This document shows, in pieces, positions 17,538 through 24,852 of a stretch of 27,703 bases of DNA. The stretch's first letter is position 1; the number at the start of each line of letters is the position of its first letter. The notes below the pieces were generated by a model. It saw nothing but the letters and a program-made list of their open reading frames with translations, ran no database searches and had not been told where the DNA came from. A program made the translations under genes and the position numbers. The stretch lies in assembly GCA_013152815.1 (NCBI GenBank), contig JAADFO010000053.1:1-27703 (forward strand), given 5' to 3'. Source of the DNA: Nanobdellati archaeon (GTDB lineage: Archaea > Nanobdellota > Nanobdellia > Woesearchaeales > JAADFO01).

Positions 17538-17647
17538 ATCGGTAATTATGAGAACCAGATGAGTTTTTTTAGAACCGGTTTATGAGAGTTAAAAGAAATA
17601 ATGCAAACATAGAGCTCCCGACAGCATCATCACTAACAGGTGAACTC

Positions 17648-17666
17648 TAGCCCCGCCCGGATTCGA
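17648..17666. repeat. Direct repeat A: 19-nt copy of the 3' end of tRNA-Gln (tagccccgcccggattcga); attL/attR-like.
   Basis: Identical to 23570-23588 (the genuine tRNA 3' end plus 2 nt of flank); a third partial copy lies at 23477-23494. Confidence 0.7.
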
Positions 17667-17716
17667 GACTATGAAATTCTCCTCAGGAAAGGTTTATAAA
17701 GAGTATTTGTCTAAAA

Positions 17717-20700
17717 CTAAAGGGGATCATTGCCAGCCAATGAACCATTTGAAATTGGCCTGGGCTCAGGCGGAAGAGAATATGGATCGTTCTCATAACC
17801 ATGATTAAAGGGGGAAATGTTTAAGACTTTACCATCCACCACCAAAGTACTGCTCCCTCCCGGATCAAAGCCCATTGCATGAACCATGCCGTGTTTTAGG
17901 AGTATCCTTGCCATGTCCCTATGTGTGGCGCCGACTGACTCTCTAATACGCCCATTAACCACTAAGACTGAAAGATCTCCTTTTTTATCCAAGCCAACGG
18001 CAATCTTCGGACCTCTCATATCAACATAGTCGACACGCGCAGCTTGAGTTTTGATGGAGTTGCTTGATTTCCATCCTTCCCTTTCCATTTCAATCCTGAT
18101 TTTCTCATTTTTCAATAACATTGGTCCCGCTTCGATGCCATGCATTGTCTTATTGAACTCAGTCATAGTAATTGAGACCTCTGACCCGATATCCCAGCCT
18201 GTTGGAGCCTTGTTTCTAGGGAAAGAAAGGGTCAATCCGACCGGAATGATGCTCAGTCGCTCCCCCTGTTTCGTTTTGATGATTTCCTTGATAATGTTTC
18301 CTGCCAAACGATAGATCACCCTCCCATTGCCTTCGATGGTGTCTTCAGTGTGCATGAGATCATAAAAGCAGGGATCATCGCCTGGGTTCTTTCGGTTGTA
18401 GTGTTTTTTGGTTAACACACAAGCATGACGATTATGTGAGATAATCATCCCCTTGGAGCAATTGACTCGTCTGATTTCCAGTTTACCGGTAGAGTGGAAT
18501 AATATCGCCGGCTTATTAAAGAGGGGTGGAGAAATTATTCTATTGTCAGAGATCACCAGTCCCAGAGGACTACCCACATATGCTTTTGACAAGCCAAGTT
18601 TCCCAACAAGTTCTGCATTGAGAATGTACCCGCCATTCCACACAATTCGTGCTTTGCCCTTGTATCGACGCTCAAAAAGCTTTATGAAATGTTGAGCCGC
18701 GTGAGGTAGGTGGTTGCTAAACGAAGCATTAAACGTCCATTTCTTCTTAGCGTTGCTTAAGTTGGCTTTCGCAAGCACACCCGACCAAGGAAGGCCGTCA
18801 ACGTAGACTCCGCGCACATAGGAATATTCTACATCATCCTTTCCTTTTTTTCTTTGTTTATCGATTTTCTTCAATACGGTCATGACAGGAGAACCCTTTT
18901 CCTCAGCATCCTTTCGAAGAATGTTGAGTATCGATTTCTCCCCATGTTCTTTGCATAATCGTTTATACAGCTTACTATGAAAAGCATTCGAGAACTCTGA
19001 TGCTGTCTGAATGGGAGTAGGGTATGCTATTGTCGGCCGTAATCCCGGGGGAACCCATTCGACAAATCCCGAATCAAGCGGAATTCCCATTACCTTTGAA
19101 GTGAGTATATCCTTCACTTTTCCGATATGAAATGTTTCCAGATCCACAATATCGGTCATCATCGCTGAGTGTTCTCCAAACGTCATGATGTATCCATGAT
19201 GCTTTTTCACATAGCTGAGCGTATTCAGCGCATCCTTCCCTAACTGTCGGAAGTCTATCCCAACAGACATTTGCTCACTCGTGACAATTTTGCAGACATC
19301 ATGTTTATAAAGAAGCCTCAGTTCATGGTTTTCTCCGAGCAACAGATACTCACGCAATTCTTCAGCAGTGAAATAATTACCGAGGGGTTTTCGTTGTTTA
19401 ATGATGAAAATAGGTGCCAGTTTCTTCCTTAGCAACTCTTTTTCAGTTATGGGTTGCTCAAGGCTCAAACCAAGTCGCTCTCTTACGGTGTGTACGATGA
19501 AAATCTCCAGTTCATGTCTGATATATTTGCCTGGAAAGTAGGCAATCGGCACATTGCTGCGAAGTTTCTTAATTAATCGAGAACTATGATCAATGTGCAG
19601 ATTAGAACAATCAGCTAGTTGACAAAAAGCATTCCGTATATCGGTCAGGTGGTGGGGACGTCTTTCGTATCTGATTTTCAATGCGGAGGGATTAATAATT
19701 GAATTAAAGAGAAGGTTAATGACACCAGTTATTTCCTGATGAGTAAATTTTCTATATGGGAAGAGATCTTTATTTCTATGCCTATACGAGAAAGAATGGT
19801 CTATCCTCACAGAGATAGAGCCCTTTTTATAATGGAAGATATTATCAACGCAGTTATAGAATGCATGTCTTTTTTCTTTTGAGATATACTGGGTCTGGTT
19901 ATAGCTGTCAATAAGATATTTCGCAAATTGGAATGCTCTCCCTTTTATTTCCTGTTCCTCGACGCGGAAATAACTTGGATCAATAAGAGATTTAAGATAG
20001 ATCATAAAAGCCATTTTCCCATATCCCGGGAGATATTGGCGGTTTTTTTTATGAAGGATATCCTTCAGCGCAGGATAAGTTCTCGTCAATCTCCGTTCAT
20101 ACTTAACCATCTCTGAAATCGTTGCTTTCATCCCCTGCCGCCGGGGAAGAAGCTGAAGATATAGGCTATGGAGTATAGACTCCATGTTCTTCCGCAGGTT
20201 CTCCATGTTGTATCTTCTTTCCGCTACCTGTCTGTTGTGGTCCGCATCAACCAGATACTCATGAGGATGAAGTATTCTGCTGGCTATCTCATGGATGATC
20301 GAATGGGTGATCGAGTTGGAAAATTCAATTACGCGCAACCGCTGGCCGCTGGATAGATGCTCCCCGATAACTTCCGCATACACCTGGACAGGATAATATC
20401 TTCTCGTGAAGATGGGAGAGCGACTTGCAGCCGATTCAATGATCGGAAGACCCCTCCCTTCGGTTTCACTCGGAAGAAGAATCAAGTTTGCAATATTGTA
20501 GATATCCGAGATATCTATCGGATTAGAGAATCTTCTTTTGAATTCAGGTTTATCAGTCTCAGAAAAGGTGAAGGCCAGGAAGATTCTGTCTTTTAGACCT
20601 GAGGGGATCGTTTTAAGTGACGCGGAGAAATCAGAGAGGAGCTTCTTGAAATATGAAGCATGACCTTCTGCAATAGGCCCGGTAATCAATAAAGTGAGGG

Positions 20701-21868
20701 TAAGCCTCTTGTTGCTCTTAAAAAACAGAGTGAACTCCGGATGATGAAACAATTTATTGATCAACGTAAAGTTAACTTCGATCTTTTTTCGCTCGATGAT
20801 TCTGGTGGGTTGGAGAAAGACAATATTATTTTCTATAAAGTCAATTGTGCCTTTCTTAAAACCTGTTATGAACGGCGCGGGAGAGGTATCAAATTTATCG
20901 CCCTGCAACTGATCAATCGGCGTTACAGAAAGTTTTCTTTTATATCGGCTTAATATTCTTGAAATCTGGATGAATGTCTCTATTTTTCTTCTTTCGGTAT
21001 TATTCTTAAACTCATCCAAGTCGATTGCTGTTCCAATTTCGGCTATATTTGCCGGATTGTGGCCAAAGCGTTCTATTAAACATTTCGACTGAGCAGTGTT
21101 TATATTCACAGACATCCATGTCGCGGATTCCCAGGGAAAGATTACGTTGATAACTGAAAAGAATTCACCAATATCTGAATTCGTGAAGAAAAAATCTCTC
21201 GGGCCGGGTTTTAAGCCTTTTGTCTTGATGTCTATCTTTTTATTCCCGCCTTCCCAATAAAAATCGTGATTATTGCTGAGAACAGGAATATTCAGGTATT
21301 CCGAGAGAAGAACACAAGCTAAGGCCAATGACACATTTCCAGGATTTGAATTTACGTTGAGAAGATAGAGGAGTTGAATGCCATTCTTTTCTATATAACT
21401 GCCAAGCTTTTCGCAGATGACAAGAGTTTCCTTCCAGAACCTTTTTATTAGGTTGTTGTATATAGTGCCGCCTCGAGAAATTTTTTTATGGAAAAAATCA
21501 TCGTACAGGTCCCATTTTTTGAAACCGTTTATTTCGTCAATTTGGAATTTTTTTATGTCGGGCTGGATCAAGTGGCTTGACTCAGGATAGAATTCTCCAG
21601 CGATATAGTGAATTTTTTGCGTGTTCAGGATAGATCTGAAAATTTTAGCATATTTTGCGCATTCCATGGTGACTCCATCAATGGCATAATAGAAAGTAAC
21701 GAAGGCAACTCCCTTGGCTATGTGCTTCTTAAAATTTTCAAACGTCCCTTCAAATTGGATCGGCGGAGCGGTTCTTCTATCGCGTAATCTATCAATGAAC
21801 AGGCCTAGATCGAACCATGTAGCGATCTTCTCTGACTTTAATCTGTTCATCATTGATTTTGTTTCCAT
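17717..21868 (-). CDS. Giant (1383 aa) multidomain glycan-modifying protein. N-terminal/central GT-B (GT4-like) glycosyltransferase region, ~500 aa of unassigned sequence, and a C-terminal phosphodiester-glycosidase (NAGPA 'uncovering-enzyme'-like, DUF2233) domain.
   Basis: GT4 E-x7-E-type block PSETEGRGLPIIESAASRSPIF. C-terminal IAVGLDKKGDLSVLVVNGRIRESVGATHRDMARILLKHGMVHAMGFDPGGSSTLVV matches the phosphodiester-glycosidase pattern TAIG..DG.L.LVVVDGR...G.TL.ELA.LM..LG...ALNLDGGGSST. Confidence 0.7.
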   Translation of the reverse strand: METKSMMNRLKSEKIATWFDLGLFIDRLRDRRTAPPIQFEGTFENFKKHIAKGVAFVTFYYAIDGVTMECAKYAKIFRSILNTQKIHYIAGEFYPESSHLIQPDIKKFQIDEINGFKKWDLYDDFFHKKISRGGTIYNNLIKRFWKETLVICEKLGSYIEKNGIQLLYLLNVNSNPGNVSLALACVLLSEYLNIPVLSNNHDFYWEGGNKKIDIKTKGLKPGPRDFFFTNSDIGEFFSVINVIFPWESATWMSVNINTAQSKCLIERFGHNPANIAEIGTAIDLDEFKNNTERRKIETFIQISRILSRYKRKLSVTPIDQLQGDKFDTSPAPFITGFKKGTIDFIENNIVFLQPTRIIERKKIEVNFTLINKLFHHPEFTLFFKSNKRLTLTLLITGPIAEGHASYFKKLLSDFSASLKTIPSGLKDRIFLAFTFSETDKPEFKRRFSNPIDISDIYNIANLILLPSETEGRGLPIIESAASRSPIFTRRYYPVQVYAEVIGEHLSSGQRLRVIEFSNSITHSIIHEIASRILHPHEYLVDADHNRQVAERRYNMENLRKNMESILHSLYLQLLPRRQGMKATISEMVKYERRLTRTYPALKDILHKKNRQYLPGYGKMAFMIYLKSLIDPSYFRVEEQEIKGRAFQFAKYLIDSYNQTQYISKEKRHAFYNCVDNIFHYKKGSISVRIDHSFSYRHRNKDLFPYRKFTHQEITGVINLLFNSIINPSALKIRYERRPHHLTDIRNAFCQLADCSNLHIDHSSRLIKKLRSNVPIAYFPGKYIRHELEIFIVHTVRERLGLSLEQPITEKELLRKKLAPIFIIKQRKPLGNYFTAEELREYLLLGENHELRLLYKHDVCKIVTSEQMSVGIDFRQLGKDALNTLSYVKKHHGYIMTFGEHSAMMTDIVDLETFHIGKVKDILTSKVMGIPLDSGFVEWVPPGLRPTIAYPTPIQTASEFSNAFHSKLYKRLCKEHGEKSILNILRKDAEEKGSPVMTVLKKIDKQRKKGKDDVEYSYVRGVYVDGLPWSGVLAKANLSNAKKKWTFNASFSNHLPHAAQHFIKLFERRYKGKARIVWNGGYILNAELVGKLGLSKAYVGSPLGLVISDNRIISPPLFNKPAILFHSTGKLEIRRVNCSKGMIISHNRHACVLTKKHYNRKNPGDDPCFYDLMHTEDTIEGNGRVIYRLAGNIIKEIIKTKQGERLSIIPVGLTLSFPRNKAPTGWDIGSEVSITMTEFNKTMHGIEAGPMLLKNEKIRIEMEREGWKSSNSIKTQAARVDYVDMRGPKIAVGLDKKGDLSVLVVNGRIRESVGATHRDMARILLKHGMVHAMGFDPGGSSTLVVDGKVLNISPFNHGYENDPYSLPPEPRPISNGSLAGNDPL

Positions 21869-22074
21869 TACATTTCAACATCCTTTTGGTTTAAGCAGTG
21901 ACAATCAGAAATTCCGCCGCTCGGAGCTACCCTCGACCTAAACGCCCAAAAACAATGTTTCTGGCGTCCAAAAAATCAAGGATTTTTTTAAGAGGCGAGG
22001 GTATGACGCTCCTCGCATCAATAGACGGAATTTCTGGTCCCTTTGGGGTCCCAGCAACCGACGGTTGCTGTGGA

Positions 22075-22109
22075 ATGCAAAGGTTTCACGGTCATGCAAA
22101 GGTTTCACG
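22075..22109. repeat. Perfect 16-nt direct repeat atgcaaaggtttcacg x2 (period 19) in the upstream region of the giant gene; adjacent 8-bp-stem hairpin cagcaacc-gac-ggttgctg at 22052-22070.
   Basis: Seen directly in the intergenic region between the GT4 stop (22145) and the giant-gene start (21868). Confidence 0.6.
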
Positions 22110-22144
22110 TACTGAAGCGCGGGGTATGAAACCCATTGCATGAA

Positions 22145-23305
22145 TCATTTTTTTGCTCTTTTGAAATCTTTTAAAGCCTTTTTATAGGCAGCTTCATAGT
22201 CATCGACCATCCTTTCGACTGTGAATTTCTCCTGGACGTGCCTTCTACATTCCATGCGGTCAATCTTATCGATGTTTCTCAGTGCAGCAATCAACCCTTC
22301 AATATTAGGTTTTCCTTGCTTATTCCATGGTTTAACTATGAATCCTGTCTTGCCTTCATCAACTATTTCAGAAACAGACCCCCTATTGAAAGCAATAACC
22401 GGTGTCCCGCAAGCCATTGCCTCTATCATTACCAGTCCGAAAGGTTCTTCCCATTGAATAGGAAACAAGAGAGCCTTGGCGTTTCTTGCATATTGGAAAA
22501 CTAGTTTCCTTGGTAAAAAGCCCCTTTTCGTGATCTTTCCTTTGATGAATGGCTTTATTTTTTTATCCCAATACTCTAATTGGTCACTGTGAGGTTCCCC
22601 TAACAAAATCAGTTTATTGTCGGTCTTTCTGGCGACCTGGATTGCTTCAGAGACGCCCTTCTCTTCCCGGAACCTGCCAATGAACAGAAGATATTCACCG
22701 GTTTTTGTAGAAAACTTTATTTTCTTTAGATTGCTTAAACCATGATAAATGGTTGCAGCATAGTTTAGATTCGGAAGTGGCTTTCTTTGAGAGTCACTGA
22801 TGGAAACGTAGTATTGGGTGTTAGCATAAAACTTTAAGATTTGCTGGTTGTTGTAAGAATCTAACGGAGAATGCAGGGTAGAGATCGTAGGGATCGAGAC
22901 AAGCGGAGCATAATAAGCTGTCCTGATATCAAAATGACTATGGATAATATCAAACTGCCCCTTCGCGGCCATTTGGTAGGCTTTAGAGATTAAAAGATGT
23001 TCATAGGGTATATGATTCTTAACACCGGTGTTTCTATCACTGAGACTATCCTTCTTTGTAACGCTGACTAGACGCGCAGAAGTCTTTGAGTTACCTGAAG
23101 CGAATAGAGTAACATCGTGGCCCCGTTTTATTAATTCTTCAGAGATATCGTATACGACAGATTCGACAGCTCCGGCCCGCCCTTGCTTCAGAAATTTTTT
23201 AATTGGAGGAATCCTAATAAAATTTGAAGCAAGCATTGCAATTCTCAGTTTTTTCATGTTATCAGGCGATTTCAATTGTTTGCATACATCATAAATTGTT
23301 TGCAT
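22145..23305 (-). CDS. GT4-family (GT-B fold) glycosyltransferase.
   Basis: Canonical C-terminal block EEPFGLVMIEAMACGTPVIAFNRGSVSEIVDEGKTGF. N-terminal ...KKLRIAMLASNF... suggests the true start may be the internal MKKLRIAML, 16 codons downstream. Confidence 0.9.
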   Translation of the reverse strand: MQTIYDVCKQLKSPDNMKKLRIAMLASNFIRIPPIKKFLKQGRAGAVESVVYDISEELIKRGHDVTLFASGNSKTSARLVSVTKKDSLSDRNTGVKNHIPYEHLLISKAYQMAAKGQFDIIHSHFDIRTAYYAPLVSIPTISTLHSPLDSYNNQQILKFYANTQYYVSISDSQRKPLPNLNYAATIYHGLSNLKKIKFSTKTGEYLLFIGRFREEKGVSEAIQVARKTDNKLILLGEPHSDQLEYWDKKIKPFIKGKITKRGFLPRKLVFQYARNAKALLFPIQWEEPFGLVMIEAMACGTPVIAFNRGSVSEIVDEGKTGFIVKPWNKQGKPNIEGLIAALRNIDKIDRMECRRHVQEKFTVERMVDDYEAAYKKALKDFKRAKK

Positions 23306-23313
23306 ACATCATA
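23275..23313. repeat. Tandem duplication of 19 nt (attgtttgcatacatcata x2, period 20) overlapping the annotated ATG of the GT4 gene.
   Basis: Seen directly. Supports the internal start for the GT4 gene, with the repeat lying in its 5' leader or promoter. Confidence 0.6.
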
Positions 23314-23348
23314 TTTAAGGTTATAGTATGTACCTTGAGGATTATAAC

Positions 23349-23474
23349 TCAGATCATACAATCAGTTCTGACTGAATCTCTTCTGTCACGAAGTCCATCG
23401 ATGAATAACCCTGGATCAAACCACGTTGAGATCTGCTCTGATCTCAATTCCTGCATCATCTGTTTTACAGTCAT
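23349..23474 (-). pseudogene. 41-codon fragment paralogous to the 5' end (N-terminus) of the giant gene at 17717-21868.
   Basis: Own translation MTVKQMMQELRSEQISTWFDPGLFIDGLRDRRDSVRTDCMI* versus giant N-terminus METKSMMNRLKSEKIATWFDLGLFIDRLRDRR..., about 70% identical. DNA is also ~70% identical (23398-23470 vs 21790-21862). It ends 2 nt from att-like repeat B. Confidence 0.6.
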
Positions 23475-23476
23475 TC

Positions 23477-23494
23477 TATAGCCCCGCCCGGATT
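23477..23494. repeat. Direct repeat B: 18-nt partial copy of the tRNA-Gln 3' end plus flank (tatagccccgcccggatt).
   Basis: Identical to 23568-23585; 93 bp from the genuine tRNA 3' end. Confidence 0.7.
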
Positions 23495-23569
23495 GCTTTG
23501 CTGCCAAAAACGCCAAGCGTTTTTGAGCATGATCGAACGCGTGCTGGAAGAATACTTTCGAAGAAAGTA

Positions 23570-23687
23570 TAGCCCCGCCCGGATTCGAACCGAGGTCCCG
23601 ACCTGTCTCTCAACAGAGAGGCGCTCAGAAACGCCTGCGTTTCTGTTGTCCAGAGGGTCGGATGATTGGCCACTACACTACGGGGCT
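23570..23687 (-). tRNA. tRNA-Gln(CTG) with a ~45-nt structured intron at position 37/38; A1-U72 acceptor pair; no encoded CCA.
   Basis: Reverse complement AGCCCCG-TA-GTGT-AGTGGCCAA-TCAT-C-CGACC-CTCTGG[intron]A-GGTCG-GGAC-CTCGG-TTCGAAT-CCGGG-CGGGGCT-A. The 5' half closely resembles archaeal tRNA-Gln as I recall it (AGCCC...GTGTAGTGGCC.ATCATCC). The intron contains two hairpins (gaaacgc/gcgtttc and ctctc/gagag). Confidence 0.8.
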
Positions 23688-23820
23688 GTTGGTGTCAGTT
23701 TTGGGGCTTGACGAGCCCTGAATTGCCGAACGATGCCGTTCGGGCATATTCATCGCGAGGAAACCCCATTCGCATCCTGTGGGCGAAAAGGTGACTTGCT
23801 ATGCAAGGCACCGAGCACAG

Positions 23821-23855
23821 CTACACTACGGGGCTGCGTGTTGTCAGTTCTGGGA
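23821..23855. repeat. Duplicated copy of the tRNA-Gln 5' end (first 15-16 nt, ctacactacggggctg) plus ~20 nt of its 5' flank.
   Basis: 23821-23855 compared with 23673-23706: 16 identical nt, then (t)tg(g)tgtcagtt(c/t)tggg. 135 bp of unrelated sequence separates the copies. Confidence 0.6.
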
Positions 23856-23862
23856 CGTGTTT

Positions 23863-23880
23863 CTATTTATAAGCTTTTCT
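23863..23880 (-). promoter_or_regulatory. BRE/TATA-like promoter (minus-strand gaaaagcttataaatag) pointing toward the duplicated tRNA 5' fragment and the tRNA-Gln gene.
   Basis: TATA-like element ~29 nt upstream of the fragment's A1 equivalent. No comparable TATA is visible immediately upstream of the genuine tRNA 5' end. Confidence 0.35.
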
Positions 23881-23986
23881 TGAGTAATCTGCTCTGACAA
23901 TCATCGCCGATCCAGAAGACCGGTTCGGGCCTTCTCCAGAGCAGGGTTCTACCGATAAAGCAAAAGAACAACGCAACAACAAAAGA

Positions 23987-24406
23987 TCACTGTATCTCAA
24001 CAAGGAACTTCTTCGGCGAGAGCATCCGGATGACTGCTTTCCCTCTCTTCTTCCAGTTCCTCGTCAGTTCCTTAGGAAAGCGGATGAAATGAGAGCTACC
24101 ATCAAAATTGAGGGAACGGTCGAATCGAACAATGTCTTTGTCGTCCATCTTTTCCAGAAGCCAAAGATATTCTAATCTTGGTGATTCGTCAGGCTCGATA
24201 TAGGTTTCTCCGCACTTCTCACATACCCAAGCATTATAGGTGACAGAAATTCCTTTCACTGTGAGTTTTTTCTGTTTTTTCTTTGTCAACTGTCCGCAGC
24301 AATGAAAAGGGCCTTTAAATGCATCTTCGTCAATAGCAACATCCTTTATTTCTTCCAGGATATCTGACTCTTTGATATCCTCTTCGTCAAATTCATCGTG
24401 TTTCAT
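23987..24406 (-). CDS. YgiT-type zinc-ribbon (MqsA-like) protein with a C-terminal SpoVT/AbrB-like segment; putative antitoxin.
   Basis: HCCGQL...TVKGISVTYNAWVCEKCGETYIEPDE is a YgiT-type C4 zinc finger. C-terminal IRFPKELTRNWKKRGKAVIRMLSPKKFLVEI is AbrB/MazE-like. The ATG overlaps the stop of the upstream small gene (ATGA). Confidence 0.55.
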   Translation of the reverse strand: MKHDEFDEEDIKESDILEEIKDVAIDEDAFKGPFHCCGQLTKKKQKKLTVKGISVTYNAWVCEKCGETYIEPDESPRLEYLWLLEKMDDKDIVRFDRSLNFDGSSHFIRFPKELTRNWKKRGKAVIRMLSPKKFLVEIQ

Positions 24407-24663
24407 TTTTTCCTATACCTGTTCTTCTGCCAACGAGATGAAGGATATGCTGTGATGACAAACAAAGCTTCTTTCTTCAATACAGCAATAATCGTAAGAT
24501 AGCGTGGATAAGAAACGATAATGAGAGTTTTTCCATTGGCTGCATTGAAAAATCTTGGATAACCTAAACGAAGACCCATCAAGACTTCCTTTCTCGCTAC
24601 CCGATGGACACAAGCTATCTTTACCGCGACATCGTAGGGTATGATAATTTCTTTGAATCGCAT
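24403..24663 (-). CDS. DUF4258-like small protein (RelE-fold-type predicted toxin), partner of the YgiT zinc-ribbon protein.
   Basis: 86 aa; ...GKTLIIVSYPRYLTIIAVLKKEALFVITAYPSSRWQKNRY resembles the DUF4258/BrnT-like C-terminus (...vITvYp...krY). Gene order toxin-first with a 4-nt overlap, as in DUF4258/MqsA-family pairs. Confidence 0.45.
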   Translation of the reverse strand: MRFKEIIIPYDVAVKIACVHRVARKEVLMGLRLGYPRFFNAANGKTLIIVSYPRYLTIIAVLKKEALFVITAYPSSRWQKNRYRKK

Positions 24664-24678
24664 TTTTCGTACGTTTCA

Positions 24679-24717
24679 TAGTACTCTGTAGAGTACTATC
24701 TGTTCTTATATCTTTTG
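24679..24717 (-). promoter_or_regulatory. Promoter/operator of the DUF4258-YgiT operon: BRE/TATA-like aaaagatataag (24706-24717) and a 9-bp inverted repeat tagtactct-gt-agagtacta (24679-24698) between the TATA-like element and the start codon.
   Basis: Seen directly in the divergent intergenic region between this operon and bud32. Confidence 0.4.
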
Positions 24718-24852
24718 GTGAATGAAGAAGGATCCAGTTACATACTCTTGTCCCTGAAAACCGAAAAGAAATCGTCGCAGCAGCAAAGGACACAGCAAGG
24801 AACAAAGCATTTCCAGATAGGTTTATATCATACGAGAGCTTATCCAAATAAT

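Larger units (their letters stand above)
17648..23494. mobile_element. Putative integrated-element remnant or genomic islet bounded by direct repeats of the tRNA-Gln 3' end; cargo is glycosyltransferases; no integrase detected.
   Basis: Repeat A (17648-17666) and repeat B (23477-23494) bracket ~5.8 kb that looks AT-richer than the backbone. Repeat C is the tRNA itself, 93 bp beyond B. Contents are a giant GT/phosphodiester-glycosidase gene, a GT4 gene and a 5' fragment paralogous to the giant gene. Confidence 0.45.

Noticed and set aside
17494-23569. Integrase or transposase expected in an att-flanked element.
   Set aside because: No ORF in the islet or its flanks shows tyrosine-recombinase or transposase motifs. 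The small ORFs near the repeats (e.g. 23224-23481 +) are frame artefacts or the giant-gene fragment. The mobile-element call is therefore kept at low confidence.
23689-23820. Possible C/D-box sRNA in the 135-bp segment between the tRNA-Gln 5'-end duplicates (GCGATGAA ... CTGA).
   Set aside because: The C-box has a mismatch, no convincing C'/D' boxes or terminal stem are present, and it cannot be distinguished from chance without covariance or Rfam analysis.
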